Positions 26,519 to 37,882 are shown, counted from the first letter of the stretch. The stretch is 64,000 bases of DNA from Sulfurovum sp. UBA12169 (GCA_002742845.1 DLUH01000002.1:56848-120847); one strand, 5' to 3'. The notes: generated by a model from the letters alone, not told the origin. Translations and numbers: made by a program.

Positions 26519-28675
26519 TTATTTGTTGTTATATGCATCGTCTAAATTAATGATTTCTATAAGCTTGAAATTCTGTGAAATCTTTTCAGACAATATACTT
26601 TTTTTAGATTCGCTACTCTCAACTTCTATCTGACAATATTCTGCACTTTCGCTGCTTTGTATCCCCAATTCAATACTAATAACATTTAAATCCAGCTTTG
26701 TAAGTTTTCTCAGCAGATCCGCCAAGACGCCTTTTTGGTTTTGCAATCCAATCGTTAACCTATAGCGTGAAAGTTTTGATGTACGCCATTTTATAAAAAC
26801 CATAGGCTCTTGCGCGATAATTTTTTCATACGCTTTTTTGCATAATTTATGATGAACAATTGCTTTGCCGTCTTTATAGAATGCAACTATCTGATCGCCC
26901 ATTTTCGGGTGACAGCAATAGTCAAACTCTACACCGTCCAAAGTTTTATTTGTAAAAAAGATAAAATGCTCCATCTCTTTTTTGACAGGTTTTTTGTATC
27001 CTTTTTTAAGAAGTTCCCAAAAACGCACTTCACGGGCCCCCATGTAGTCTGCTGTTTTGCGTATAGCCTCTTTGAAATAATCAATTTGATTGGGCAATTT
27101 ATACAATGTATCTTTCATTCCCAGCGCTTCTATCATCTCGTTGACGGTTTTGTTCTCCTGATGAAACAATGTTGCTAAAATATTATAAGCGCTTAATGTA
27201 TCAGATTCTTTTATTCTGGCCCGACAATGGGTTCGTATCCCTTCTTGCGCTTTGGAAGTCTTAACAGTATCAACCCAGGAACAATGCAAATGGGGTCTGG
27301 TATCATCGATGATCTTAACGATATCCCCATTTTTCAACGTCGTCAAAAGAGAGGAGGGATGCTTATTGATCAATGCTTCTTTTGCATGAAGACCGATTTG
27401 AGAATGTATAGCATAGGCAAAATCCAAGGCCACCGATCCCTTGGGCAGCGTATAGTAGTCACCCTTGGGCGAAAAGACTGTTATGTCTTCTGAAAAAAGA
27501 TCGCTTTTAGCAAGTTCATAAAACTCTTCAATCGATTCACTTTGATAGTTTAGACTCTCAAGCCATTCCAAATTTACTCTATCAGCGCCCTCTTTATACT
27601 TCCAGTGAGCTGCCACGCCAAATTCGGCAAGTTTATGCATTTTGGCAGTACGAATCTGCGCTTCAACAATACCCTCCTCATCAAAAAGTGTGGTATGTAT
27701 CGTCTTATAGCCATTTTCTTTTGGCACAGCGATATAGTCTTTAAAGCGTGAAATAAGCGGTGTATAATTTAGATGCAGCAACCCCAGCACCCGGTAACAC
27801 TCGATAGGCTCTTTTACAATAATGCGGATCGCTAAAAGATCCAAGACCTCATCGATACTTACTCCTTTGCGATGCATCTTTAGATAGATAGAATAATAAT
27901 GCTTTACTCTGCCGATAACCTCAAATTCATCAGGCAAAAACCCATCTTTCTGGAGTACATTTTTAACTTTTTGAATAAAAGCATTCAGCTTAAAATGCAA
28001 ATTTTGTGCATTGGATTTGATGTAATCATCTATCAGTTTGTAATCTTCAGGATAGATATAATAAAAGCTCAAATCTTCCAAGTAATTTTTCATACGCGCA
28101 ATACCGAGTCTGTGTGCGATAGGTGCATATACAACTAACGTCTCTTCAGAAATACGCCTTTGCTTTTCCGGCCTCAGTGCATCAAGGGTAAGCATATTGT
28201 GCAATCTATCACAAAGTTTAATCACCAAGACACGGATATCTTTAATAGAAGCAATGAGCATTTTGCGGAAAGTAAGTGCGGAATTGATCAAGCGCTCATC
28301 TGAGCCTGAAGGAATAAGTTTTTCGTCTCTAATTTCAACAATTTTTGTCAAGCCTTCCACCATATGCACAACATCCAAACTGAATTCTTGCTGCAAGTCT
28401 TCAACACAATAATTGGTATCTTCAACCACATCATGCAACAAAGCTGCTTGCACCATTGTCTCATCATTGCTGACCATCGCAGTAATAGCTGCGACTAAAA
28501 TGGGATGCACAATATAAGGCTGACCGCTTTTACGATTTTGGCCTTCATGTGCATTCAGGGCAAGATCCAATGCTTTGATCGTGGTAGTCGAAGGGGAAGG
28601 AATTTGTTCAAATAAAAGGGCTTTCGCCTCCTCTATCGTCTCTATCTCTTTCGCGCGAGAAAGAAAAACGTCCAA
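26519..28675 (-). CDS. spoT: Bifunctional (p)ppGpp synthetase/hydrolase
   Basis: LLHDVVED hydrolase motif, KLCDRLHNM, GRVKHYYSIY, EAQIRT, and TGS and ACT domains. Confidence 0.96.
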   Translation of the reverse strand: MDVFLSRAKEIETIEEAKALLFEQIPSPSTTTIKALDLALNAHEGQNRKSGQPYIVHPILVAAITAMVSNDETMVQAALLHDVVEDTNYCVEDLQQEFSLDVVHMVEGLTKIVEIRDEKLIPSGSDERLINSALTFRKMLIASIKDIRVLVIKLCDRLHNMLTLDALRPEKQRRISEETLVVYAPIAHRLGIARMKNYLEDLSFYYIYPEDYKLIDDYIKSNAQNLHFKLNAFIQKVKNVLQKDGFLPDEFEVIGRVKHYYSIYLKMHRKGVSIDEVLDLLAIRIIVKEPIECYRVLGLLHLNYTPLISRFKDYIAVPKENGYKTIHTTLFDEEGIVEAQIRTAKMHKLAEFGVAAHWKYKEGADRVNLEWLESLNYQSESIEEFYELAKSDLFSEDITVFSPKGDYYTLPKGSVALDFAYAIHSQIGLHAKEALINKHPSSLLTTLKNGDIVKIIDDTRPHLHCSWVDTVKTSKAQEGIRTHCRARIKESDTLSAYNILATLFHQENKTVNEMIEALGMKDTLYKLPNQIDYFKEAIRKTADYMGAREVRFWELLKKGYKKPVKKEMEHFIFFTNKTLDGVEFDYCCHPKMGDQIVAFYKDGKAIVHHKLCKKAYEKIIAQEPMVFIKWRTSKLSRYRLTIGLQNQKGVLADLLRKLTKLDLNVISIELGIQSSESAEYCQIEVESSESKKSILSEKISQNFKLIEIINLDDAYNNK

Positions 28676-28680
28676 AATAA

Positions 28681-28884
28681 TTAACCCTCTAGAGTGACTG
28701 TGATTTTACCTTCTGCTATCTCTTGAAGTGCAATATCGGTAAATTTCATCACAGAAGTTACTTCTATGCAGGGCTTTGCGCCTTTTGAAATCTCTTCAGC
28801 TCTTTTGCCTACGGCTTTTGCCAACAGATATTTATCAAAATCTACTTTTTCCAGAGCTTTTGCTGTAAGTTGTTCTGTTCTCAT
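28681..28884 (-). CDS. rpoZ: RNA polymerase omega subunit
   Basis: DKYLLAKAVGKRA and ALQEIAEGKI. Sits between pyrH and spoT. Confidence 0.93.
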   Translation of the reverse strand: MRTEQLTAKALEKVDFDKYLLAKAVGKRAEEISKGAKPCIEVTSVMKFTDIALQEIAEGKITVTLEG

Positions 28885-28907
28885 TATGTGATCCTTTTTT
28901 TCTTAGA

Positions 28908-29657
<750 letters not shown>

Positions 29658-29673
29658 TTAGGGGGGGTTTAAA

Positions 29674-30984
29674 CTAAATTTGGATTAGCTTTAACGGATC
29701 AATATGTTTTGAATTTTTTGTCGCCTGAAAAACCAACTTGCTGTTTACTTTACCTAGCACATACCCCTTGATTACCTTGCGTCCCACTGTAATATTGGGA
29801 GCAATCTTTGAAAGACCGGCATAGACAGTATGCATTTTATCTCCATGCGCTACAACCACCACTTTTCCAAGCATGCTGCTTTCTCCGGCAAATACTACTT
29901 TTCCGTTAAGAACATTTTGCACTTTTGCATCCGAAGAAGGCGCCTGAAGCGTTACGGATTCGTTAAATATCTTTATCTTATAGATAGGATCCACATAGGT
30001 GCCAAACTTTTTGACAACCCGGGCACCCGAAAGCGGAGAGATTGTTTTTCCGCCGTTATACGCGTAGACCGAGGAGGCGCGATACGAAGCATTAAGATTT
30101 CTCACTTGGGTACTTTGTGTTTCTTCTGAAGATCTTATGTTGTCTGCTTTTTGTTTTGTTTGTTGTGCATCCGATCCTTTCAATGCCTGTTGTTCCCGCA
30201 ATCGTTTTTTTCGTAATGTCTCAAGACGAATAGCTTCTTTTCTTGCCGCAGCACGTTTGCGAGCAGCTTCTACTTCTTGAGTGTGCAAAATATTGAGTTT
30301 CGCCAATGTTGCCCGAAGCGAACTTTGTTTCTCTTCTATTTGTTCTAGTTGTTTGTTATAATTTTTTTCGTCTTTGGACAATTTTTCAAGCAATCGCTTT
30401 TTTGCTAACTTTTTTTGTTCAAACTCTTGTCGTTTTTGGACAATTTTTTCCAATTCTTTTTTTGTTTTATTCTGCTGGACAAGAATATTTTGTTTTTTGG
30501 TTTTAAGCGATGAAATATCTGCTCTAAGTTTTTCCAGCTCTTTTGCATTATACTTTTTATAAACCTCATATACTTCGTACGCAATAACCGAATGCTCCGT
30601 CGGAGTGTGAAATTGTCTCATTGCAAAGATAACCGAAAACTGCTCGGAAAGCAAAGCAATAAAAGCTTTATGTTTCGCTTCTAATTCACTATTTGTTTTT
30701 TTAAAGGATTGCTCAGAGGTGCTTAAAACATTTTTGAGAGATTGATACTCTTTATTTGTTGCTTCTTTCTCGCGCCCAAGCTCTTCTATTTTTTTTTCAA
30801 GATACAAACTTTCTTGTTCGGCTTTTTTGATATCCTGTGCTATTTTTTCAAGTTGCCTGCTTGCTTGTTTTTTAGCAGAAACCGCAGCATTTAAATTTTT
30901 TTCAGAATCTTTGATCTTTGTTGTAGTTGAAGCACCATACGCCAATACAAAAGCGGTTACAACATACACCATAAAACATTTCAC
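29674..30984 (-). CDS. envC: Murein hydrolase activator EnvC-like (coiled coil plus M23-like domain)
   Basis: Long coiled coil and a C-terminal M23-like domain. Follows ftsX. Confidence 0.85.
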   Translation of the reverse strand: MKCFMVYVVTAFVLAYGASTTTKIKDSEKNLNAAVSAKKQASRQLEKIAQDIKKAEQESLYLEKKIEELGREKEATNKEYQSLKNVLSTSEQSFKKTNSELEAKHKAFIALLSEQFSVIFAMRQFHTPTEHSVIAYEVYEVYKKYNAKELEKLRADISSLKTKKQNILVQQNKTKKELEKIVQKRQEFEQKKLAKKRLLEKLSKDEKNYNKQLEQIEEKQSSLRATLAKLNILHTQEVEAARKRAAARKEAIRLETLRKKRLREQQALKGSDAQQTKQKADNIRSSEETQSTQVRNLNASYRASSVYAYNGGKTISPLSGARVVKKFGTYVDPIYKIKIFNESVTLQAPSSDAKVQNVLNGKVVFAGESSMLGKVVVVAHGDKMHTVYAGLSKIAPNITVGRKVIKGYVLGKVNSKLVFQATKNSKHIDPLKLIQI

Positions 30985-31802
30985 TCTTGCGCTCCTGCCG
31001 AAGAAAACACAACCGTATAAACAGCAAAAATAACAATCGCCACCGCCGTAGCCAACAAAATGGCAATGTCAGTTATCCTGAAAAGTGCCTCTTGATTTTG
31101 TACCATAATATCTATCCCGCTCTGTCCTGCCCACTGAAACTTCAAATACAAAAAGAGTGCACCTGTCATTATGGTCGCGATCAGTGCATCCAAAAGGGCC
31201 ACCTTAAAAAGCACCCCGCTTCGAAGCATTAGAGGTGCCCCGAAAATTTCCATAATTTGCATACGTTCTTTGTGTGCATACTTCCAAATCTCCATCTGTT
31301 TGATAATTAAAAACAAACTGATAACACCCGTAAAAACAATAAATATTCTCAGTGTAAACTTGATGAAAGAAAAAAGTCTGTAACTGGAGCTATAACTGCT
31401 TCCAAAGGTTTCTACACTTTTAATTTTTTCATCTTTTTCAAGATCTTTTTTGATCTTTTCTAGATCCGAGGTGCTTACATAGCTATCTAACCTAACTGAA
31501 TAAAAATAAGGCAATGCCTGCAATATCTCTTCGGCACTGCTTTTATTGATGCCTTTGGCAATTTGGGAAACAATACTTTCTCTTTTTATATTTTCACTGC
31601 TGTCTATATGGGCATTGAGTTGCTTGAGCTCTTCGAGTGTTATTGTTTTTTTTGCAACCACCAGCATGGAATACCCCTCTTTGAGTCCCTTTTCATACGA
31701 ATCAGTCGTCCTGTCAAAGACAAGAAAAAACTCTATCCCTAAAAGAATTGCCATAAGCGGTAAAATAAACATAAGATGGTTTTTAATGAACTTCATATAC
31801 AC
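30981..31802 (-). CDS. ftsX: Cell division permease FtsX
   Basis: IMEIFGA motif and TM pattern. Follows ftsE. Confidence 0.88.
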   Translation of the reverse strand: MYMKFIKNHLMFILPLMAILLGIEFFLVFDRTTDSYEKGLKEGYSMLVVAKKTITLEELKQLNAHIDSSENIKRESIVSQIAKGINKSSAEEILQALPYFYSVRLDSYVSTSDLEKIKKDLEKDEKIKSVETFGSSYSSSYRLFSFIKFTLRIFIVFTGVISLFLIIKQMEIWKYAHKERMQIMEIFGAPLMLRSGVLFKVALLDALIATIMTGALFLYLKFQWAGQSGIDIMVQNQEALFRITDIAILLATAVAIVIFAVYTVVFSSAGAQE

Positions 31803-32457
31803 CCTTGCTTTCTATAATAAAATGTCTGTACGGTAAAGAAAAAATAGAAGGTATCTTATGGGTAACCACCAACACGGTTGTTTCAAGCTGCTGGCAGGCA
31901 TTCTCCATAAGATCCCAAATCACATTGGAAGAATAATCATCAAGGTTACCCGTAGGTTCATCCGCCAATATCACAACCGGATTTTTGGACAATGCTCTTG
32001 CCACTCCGACTCGCTGCTGTTCTCCTCCGCTAAGCTCCATAGGATATTTGTCCGCATGCTCGGAAAGCTTGACATGCTTAAGAAGTCTTTGGGCCTGCGT
32101 ATGCTGCACATCCATAGAATAACCTGCTATCATCAAAGGCAAAACCACATTTTTGGCTACAGTCCATTCGTTAATAAGCTTATAATCTTGAAAAATAATC
32201 CCCATATGGGTGCGCAAATCTTGCAATTTGCTTTGGCGTGCAGCTGCAAGATCAAGCCCTCCCACCACAAGGTTTCCTTCACTGGGCTTGATCTGTCCGT
32301 AAAGCGCCTTTAAAAGTGTTGATTTTCCTGAACCGCTTGGCCCGGTAATGAAAACAAAATCACCCTTTTTAATGTTGAAATTTGCATCTTTGATAATCTC
32401 TTTTTGGCCTTTATCGTAGGCCAAAGTAAGATGTGAGGCACTAATAACGTTAGACAT
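31783..32457 (-). CDS. ftsE: Cell division ATPase FtsE
   Basis: [27 protein letters not shown] and [10 protein letters not shown]. Confidence 0.93.
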   Translation of the reverse strand: MSNVISASHLTLAYDKGQKEIIKDANFNIKKGDFVFITGPSGSGKSTLLKALYGQIKPSEGNLVVGGLDLAAARQSKLQDLRTHMGIIFQDYKLINEWTVAKNVVLPLMIAGYSMDVQHTQAQRLLKHVKLSEHADKYPMELSGGEQQRVGVARALSKNPVVILADEPTGNLDDYSSNVIWDLMENACQQLETTVLVVTHKIPSIFSLPYRHFIIESKGVYEVH

Positions 32458-33625
32458 AATTTAAATACTCCACTATTTTTTGATGTGCTTTAAGGTTGAC
32501 CGTTGTCTTCACGGGACAAGAGACAAAATAACGGCAACCTTTCCTATCCGCCAAGATATATTTGTGCTCCGGCCTATCAAAACTTCCAAAAGCACATCTC
32601 ATCAGAAGCCCCTCTTCTCCTATTTTGTAGATGCGTTCAAAATGTATAAAATAGTCTTCAAACACTATCGCATCTCCAATCAAACGCCTTTCCAAACCAT
32701 GCGTGTATACGGTTTTATGGAAATCAAAATCGATCTGATGGACTCTAGGTTCATCTTCTTGCATACATTTAACATAGACATCGTAAATATCTTTTTCCTG
32801 CTTTCTCCATCTGGCCTCATATTTGCTTGTCACCTCAAGACGTTCATTTTTTCTTATCTCTACTTCTATTTTAGAAGCTGTAAAAAAAGTTTCCAATGCA
32901 TACCAAAAATACTTATCGCTGTCTGTACGCAGCTCCAACCGTCCGCCTTTTCTAAGTACACGCATGGATTCATCCAAAAAACCTTTGCTGATCACCCTTC
33001 TGTGCGGTTTTTTGTCCCAAGGCACAGGAAAATGTACAAAAATTTGCTCACAAGCATTAGAGGGGAGCATCTCCAAAAAAAGTCTGGCATCATAATTGAC
33101 AACCCAAATATTATGCAATCCCTGCAACTCTATCTGCTTTAGCACTTGTTGTGCCGATGGCGTATGAATCTCTATACCGATAAAAAGTGTATCGGGATGC
33201 ATCTTAGCCTGATACAATAAATGACGGCCGCTTCCAAACCCTACCTCTACAGATATTTTTTCTTTAGGATAAACAATGCTTTCAAAATCTTCTATTTTTT
33301 TAAAATATTCTGATGAAAGCGGGGGTTTTGCATGATGCATAGCAATGTTTGAACTCAAAATCTCCAAATCTAGTCGCTTGGATACATAATCAAGCGCCTC
33401 TTTAAGAAGATTGACCTTCAATGGCCTTGTAACTTTATCGTATTTCAACAGATACGCTTTATCGTCAGGCTTAAGCTGGAGTAAAAATTCTTCATTCTTA
33501 TACTCCACACCTAAAATTTCTTCGTTTCCCTGCAACGCTGTTGCGTGAAAACGAAGGAGAGCATCCTTGCCAATTTTTTCTTCTATTAATGAGGTATCAA
33601 ATGGGGTTACTTTTAAATGTGGCAT
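32450..33625 (-). CDS. trmB: tRNA (guanine-N7)-methyltransferase, long Campylobacterota form
   Basis: VEVGFGSG, FPVPWDKKPHRR, ELRTD and SKYEARW. Start placed at MPHLKV. Confidence 0.92.
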   Translation of the reverse strand: MPHLKVTPFDTSLIEEKIGKDALLRFHATALQGNEEILGVEYKNEEFLLQLKPDDKAYLLKYDKVTRPLKVNLLKEALDYVSKRLDLEILSSNIAMHHAKPPLSSEYFKKIEDFESIVYPKEKISVEVGFGSGRHLLYQAKMHPDTLFIGIEIHTPSAQQVLKQIELQGLHNIWVVNYDARLFLEMLPSNACEQIFVHFPVPWDKKPHRRVISKGFLDESMRVLRKGGRLELRTDSDKYFWYALETFFTASKIEVEIRKNERLEVTSKYEARWRKQEKDIYDVYVKCMQEDEPRVHQIDFDFHKTVYTHGLERRLIGDAIVFEDYFIHFERIYKIGEEGLLMRCAFGSFDRPEHKYILADRKGCRYFVSCPVKTTVNLKAHQKIVEYLNYV

Positions 33626-33635
33626 GCTTTTCTTC

Positions 33636-34301
33636 TTATAGTGAAATACTGGTTGTTTGACTGGTTTGAGCTTCAATTCCATCATAGCTTTTGGCAATGA
33701 TACGGTATTGATAGGTGTGATTGCTTCTGACAAATATATCAATATACTCAGCCATCAATTGTCCTTTGGCCAGAGCGACATATTGCCATTCCCCTCCGTC
33801 CACCGATCTTTGGATAATGTATGCATTGATCCTTGGATCTGCATGAGGTTTCCATAGTACTTTTACGGCATCTGATGCAACCTTATACGCCTTAACGAAA
33901 GAAACCGGTCTAAAAGTCGGGCGTGTTTTTACATAAAGCACTTTACCGTGCCCAGATTCTTTACCTAAAGAAAAGGTCGTGAATGTATAGACATACTCTG
34001 TATTGGGAGATACCTGCGTATCTACAAAGTGTGTTGCATACCGATTGCTGATGCTCCCGATTTGCTTAAAACTTTGCTCTTTATTTTGAGGGGTGCCTCT
34101 ATAAATATTTATTCCGCGCACGCGAGAATCTTCTATTTTTTGCCATTCAAAACCGACAGTGTTCATCGCAGGGAGCGCTTTGATTTGCGTAATTGTATTC
34201 AAAGAGGCATCTTTTTCGTAAATCATCAATCCCTGAACACTGCCGCACCCGCTAAATATCAATAAACTGGGCAGCCAAAGCAAGAGGGTTGATTTTTTCA
34301 T
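33636..34301 (-). CDS. Fibronectin type III lipoprotein (FlpA-like, two Fn3 domains)
   Basis: Lipobox IFSG-C and two Fn3-like repeats with W...Y...Y cores. Occupies the flpA position between rluD and trmB. Confidence 0.85.
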   Translation of the reverse strand: MKKSTLLLWLPSLLIFSGCGSVQGLMIYEKDASLNTITQIKALPAMNTVGFEWQKIEDSRVRGINIYRGTPQNKEQSFKQIGSISNRYATHFVDTQVSPNTEYVYTFTTFSLGKESGHGKVLYVKTRPTFRPVSFVKAYKVASDAVKVLWKPHADPRINAYIIQRSVDGGEWQYVALAKGQLMAEYIDIFVRSNHTYQYRIIAKSYDGIEAQTSQTTSISL

Positions 34302-35214
34302 CTATATCACCTTGATCAAAATTTTTAGACAGAAAGAGTTGCATATCTTCAAACAAAGGAGCAATAAACTCCATTTTCTGTCCACTGATAGGATGTGTGA
34401 GATATAATAAATATGCATGTAAATTAACTCGTGTTATTTTATCTCTTTTGCTCTTAAAACCGTATAAATCATCTCCAAGTATGTGTCTTCCTAGGCTGTT
34501 CAAATGGACTCTTATCTGATGGGTTCTGCCGGTAAAAAGTTTGGCAGCGATAAGCTCTATATCATGAGGAGAAGTGATAAGTTTAATAAATGCTGTTTTG
34601 GCACTTTTCCCGCCTGAGACAACATCCATTTTTAATCTGTTTCTAGGATTGCGGCCGATGGGTTTATCTATGATAATATTTTCTTTCAAAGGATAGTCTA
34701 TCAATGCTAGATAATATCTTCCCATGCTTTTATCCTGGAGTTGAAGACTCAGTTTTTCATGAGCTTCGTTGGTCTTGGCTATCACAAGCGCCCCGGTGGT
34801 CTCCTTGTCAATGCGGTGGACAATGCCGTGACGCTCCTCTCCGCTGATAGTAGAGAGCGATATTCCTCTTTGTATAAGCCAGTCCACCAGCGTCGGCTCC
34901 TTGACCGAAGGAGCAGGATGCACGACAAGACCTGCGGGTTTATTGATGACCAGGAGGCAGTCGTCTTCATACAATACCTCCACGTCAAAATCCACCGTCA
35001 CGGCTTCCTTTTTTTCTGCTTCCCTGAATGCATATGCCACTTCATCGCCCGTTTCAACCTTGAAACTGGTCCTGGCAATCACCTTGCCGTTGACGCTGAC
35101 CAGCTCCTCTTTGATGAGTTTCTCCACCTGGTTGCGGCTGACATCCAACGCTTCAGCCAAAAACCTATCTAAGCGTTCGCTTTTTTTTACTGTTAAATTC
35201 CCGCGCTCCACCAC
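34252..35214 (-). CDS. rluD: RluA/RluD-family pseudouridine synthase
   Basis: S4 domain RLDRFLAE, INKPAGLVVH, HRIDKETTG and TGRTHQIRVH. Confidence 0.93.
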   Translation of the reverse strand: MVERGNLTVKKSERLDRFLAEALDVSRNQVEKLIKEELVSVNGKVIARTSFKVETGDEVAYAFREAEKKEAVTVDFDVEVLYEDDCLLVINKPAGLVVHPAPSVKEPTLVDWLIQRGISLSTISGEERHGIVHRIDKETTGALVIAKTNEAHEKLSLQLQDKSMGRYYLALIDYPLKENIIIDKPIGRNPRNRLKMDVVSGGKSAKTAFIKLITSPHDIELIAAKLFTGRTHQIRVHLNSLGRHILGDDLYGFKSKRDKITRVNLHAYLLYLTHPISGQKMEFIAPLFEDMQLFLSKNFDQGDIDEKINPLALAAQFIDI

Positions 35215-35985
35215 TTAACTACTCACCAAAATATCATCCCTATCCCAGCGCTCCGGATCAAGGAAGGTCTCATCGTGGATATGTTTAAAAGATGCTTGGA
35301 TGCGCTTAAAAAGCTCTTTATTTTCTTTTTCCATTCCTGAAAGCCACTCTTTGGTCTGGGCTCTGGCATAAGGCATTTTGACATTTTTCAGCATCGCAGG
35401 ACATGCCTCGTCACCTATCGTCTGCAAATCATTCTCATCGGCAAAAGCCCTAAGCTGCGACTCTCTAACCTGTATCAAAGGACGAACAAGATGAAATCCT
35501 CTGCCCGTTTTATAAATCGGTGCCAAAGCACGCATTGTGCCATTATAAAACATATTCATAAAAAAACTCTCTACGGTGTCATCAAAATGATGTCCCAGAG
35601 CCACTTTATTAAAACCATTCTGCTCAGCAAAAGTATATAACGCTCCTCGTCTCATACGTGAAAAATAACTGCAATAAGAACTGTTTTCGCGAATCGTATC
35701 TTTGGAAACCTCAAAAATATTTGTATCAAATACCGTATGTTTAATGCCATACTCTTTGCAATGTTCTTCCAGATAAGTATAGTGCTCATCAGGCATTCCG
35801 TACCTCACCGTACACGCTTCAAACTCAAAATCAAAAGGTGCATGATGCTGCATATGCTTAAGCGCATGCACCAAAGCTAATGAATCTTTCCCTCCACTCA
35901 ATCCCACCAACACCTTGTCCTCATGATTTATGAGTTTAAACTGGGCATTAGTTTTACCTATGAGTTTAAGAAGCTTTTTGCTCAC
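35215..35985 (-). CDS. ttcA: TtcA-family PP-loop tRNA thiolase-like protein
   Basis: SGGKDS, RMRRGALY, ALGHHFDD and RPLI. Likely GTG start at 35985. Confidence 0.8.
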   Translation of the reverse strand: MSKKLLKLIGKTNAQFKLINHEDKVLVGLSGGKDSLALVHALKHMQHHAPFDFEFEACTVRYGMPDEHYTYLEEHCKEYGIKHTVFDTNIFEVSKDTIRENSSYCSYFSRMRRGALYTFAEQNGFNKVALGHHFDDTVESFFMNMFYNGTMRALAPIYKTGRGFHLVRPLIQVRESQLRAFADENDLQTIGDEACPAMLKNVKMPYARAQTKEWLSGMEKENKELFKRIQASFKHIHDETFLDPERWDRDDILVSS

Positions 35986-36007
35986 TATAAGGCTTTTGCT
36001 CTTTTGA

Positions 36008-36703
36008 TTATATTTCAATCCGACCCACCATTTCTAAAATAAAATCGGCACTTATTTTTGCAGAACTCTCCAAAAAAGTATCAAAATCAAATCCTGCATC
36101 CATATCCGCACTGTCGCTAATTGCTCTTAGAATAAAAAAAGGTACGTTAAGTGCATTACAGACTACGGCAACACTTGCACCCTCCATCTCTAGAGCATCT
36201 GCCTTAAAAGTTTCTCCTACCCACTCTTTACGTTCAGGGTTTGCTACAAACTGATCTCCTGTTGCAATTACACCCTCTTTAAGGATCAGCCCTTTTTCTT
36301 TGGCAACCGCTTTGGCAATATTTCGCAACGTTATATCCGTAGCAATACACACATCCCCTTCAGGCACATAACCAAAAGGATGCCCAAATGCCGTGATATC
36401 CAGATCATGCTGACACAGTCCGTCTGCAATAATTAAATCTCCGATTTTCAAATCATCACTAATTGCCCCGGCAACACCTGAAAAAAGCAATTTTTCACAA
36501 TCAAATTTTTCTATCAGTATCGTTGCAGTTAAAGCAGCAAACACCTTTCCTATTTTTGAATAGGCCACCACCACTTCTTTATCGCCATAGAATCCTTCGT
36601 AATACGCATTTGCGGCATAAATACTCTCCTTGACATTACTGAGTTTAGTCAAAAGCGGCTCTATCTCTTCGGGCATTGCGCCCATAATGGCTATCTTTCC
36701 CAT
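36008..36703 (-). CDS. mtnN: MTA/SAH nucleosidase
   Basis: GAMPEE, IGKVFAA, GDQFV, EMEGASV and RAISD. Confidence 0.96.
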   Translation of the reverse strand: MGKIAIMGAMPEEIEPLLTKLSNVKESIYAANAYYEGFYGDKEVVVAYSKIGKVFAALTATILIEKFDCEKLLFSGVAGAISDDLKIGDLIIADGLCQHDLDITAFGHPFGYVPEGDVCIATDITLRNIAKAVAKEKGLILKEGVIATGDQFVANPERKEWVGETFKADALEMEGASVAVVCNALNVPFFILRAISDSADMDAGFDFDTFLESSAKISADFILEMVGRIEI

Positions 36704-37641
36704 TAAAGCTCTCTGATTGCTTCAATCGTTGCTTTTAATGAAGCCATGTCCGAAACGTTAAAATGAGGTTTATTGGTTGCTTTTTTATTTAGACCTTTTA
36801 AAACGGCTCCGTGTCCAAACTCTATATAGCAGTCTACTTCATCATCTATGCTGGCAATAGATTGTTTGTATTTCACAGGTTCGACCAGTTGCTTAGGAAG
36901 AAGAGCCAGTGCCTCTGCTTTACTTGCATATTTTTGTGCGGTTACATTTGAAACCACAGGAGCAGTAAAAGTCTCTTTTAGCATCTCTTTGAGTTTCGCT
37001 CCAAGGGGTGCCGATGCGCTTTCAAGCAAAGGACAATGTGATGCCACAGACATATCCAAAAGCATCGCCCTTTTGGCATTGGCTTCCTTCAGGATAGGCA
37101 CCAATGCTTCTAGATCTTTTTTGATTCCGGCAATCACGATTTGACCGTCTGCATTATAGTTCACCGGCCACACCTGAAACCCTGCATCTCTTTGTTCTTG
37201 ACAAATTTTCTCTACAGTTTCATCATCCAGTCCCAAAGAAACCAACATGCCAACTTCTTGTTTGGCACATGCCTCAGCCATAAGTTTTCCTCTGAGATTC
37301 ACCAACTCCACTGCATCTATTGCATCCAATGCGCCTACGGCTACCAACGCAGAAAATTCACCCAACGAGTGCCCTAATGCCAATACAGGCTTACTGTCTA
37401 CCGCATCGGTAAAAAGTTTATGAGCAATTGCACTCACAAGCAAAATAGCAGGCTGCGTAAACTCTGTTTGGCCCAATTTGTCATTTTCTTTAAAAAGTAG
37501 TGTTTCAAAATCGATTCCGGTTCGCTCACTTGCTTTTGCAACCATCTCTTTGGCCACATCAGAATTGTTGAAAAAATCCTCTCCCATTCCAATAGCTTGA
37601 GACCCTTGTCCCGGAAATAAAAATGCACATTTAACTGCCAT
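36703..37641 (-). CDS. fabD: Malonyl-CoA:ACP transacylase
   Basis: FPGQGSQ, GHSLGE and SVASHC. Confidence 0.97.
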   Translation of the reverse strand: MAVKCAFLFPGQGSQAIGMGEDFFNNSDVAKEMVAKASERTGIDFETLLFKENDKLGQTEFTQPAILLVSAIAHKLFTDAVDSKPVLALGHSLGEFSALVAVGALDAIDAVELVNLRGKLMAEACAKQEVGMLVSLGLDDETVEKICQEQRDAGFQVWPVNYNADGQIVIAGIKKDLEALVPILKEANAKRAMLLDMSVASHCPLLESASAPLGAKLKEMLKETFTAPVVSNVTAQKYASKAEALALLPKQLVEPVKYKQSIASIDDEVDCYIEFGHGAVLKGLNKKATNKPHFNVSDMASLKATIEAIREL

Positions 37642-37882
37642 GAATATCCTTCAATATAATATAAATGTATTTTACCATGTTAAATTTATCCTTAGGATGA
37701 AATGAGCTTTTTGGCATAAAGAATAGCCATACACTAAAATATCTATAAGACTATTTTGAGAGCCCGGCCTGATTTTTTACTGCCTTTTGCCGATTTTAGC
37801 TTATCTTCAAGATTTTTATCTGCTTTTTAGTATCATTATGTGTTATAATTTTTATAAATAAAACAAAAAAAGGATGTTCCGA

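Noticed and set aside
33626-33742. Frameshifted continuation of the Fn3 gene, or an N-terminal extension of TrmB
   Set aside because: It is an open upstream frame overlapping the Fn3 3' end. The Fn3 domain ends naturally and TrmB starts plausibly at MPHLKV.
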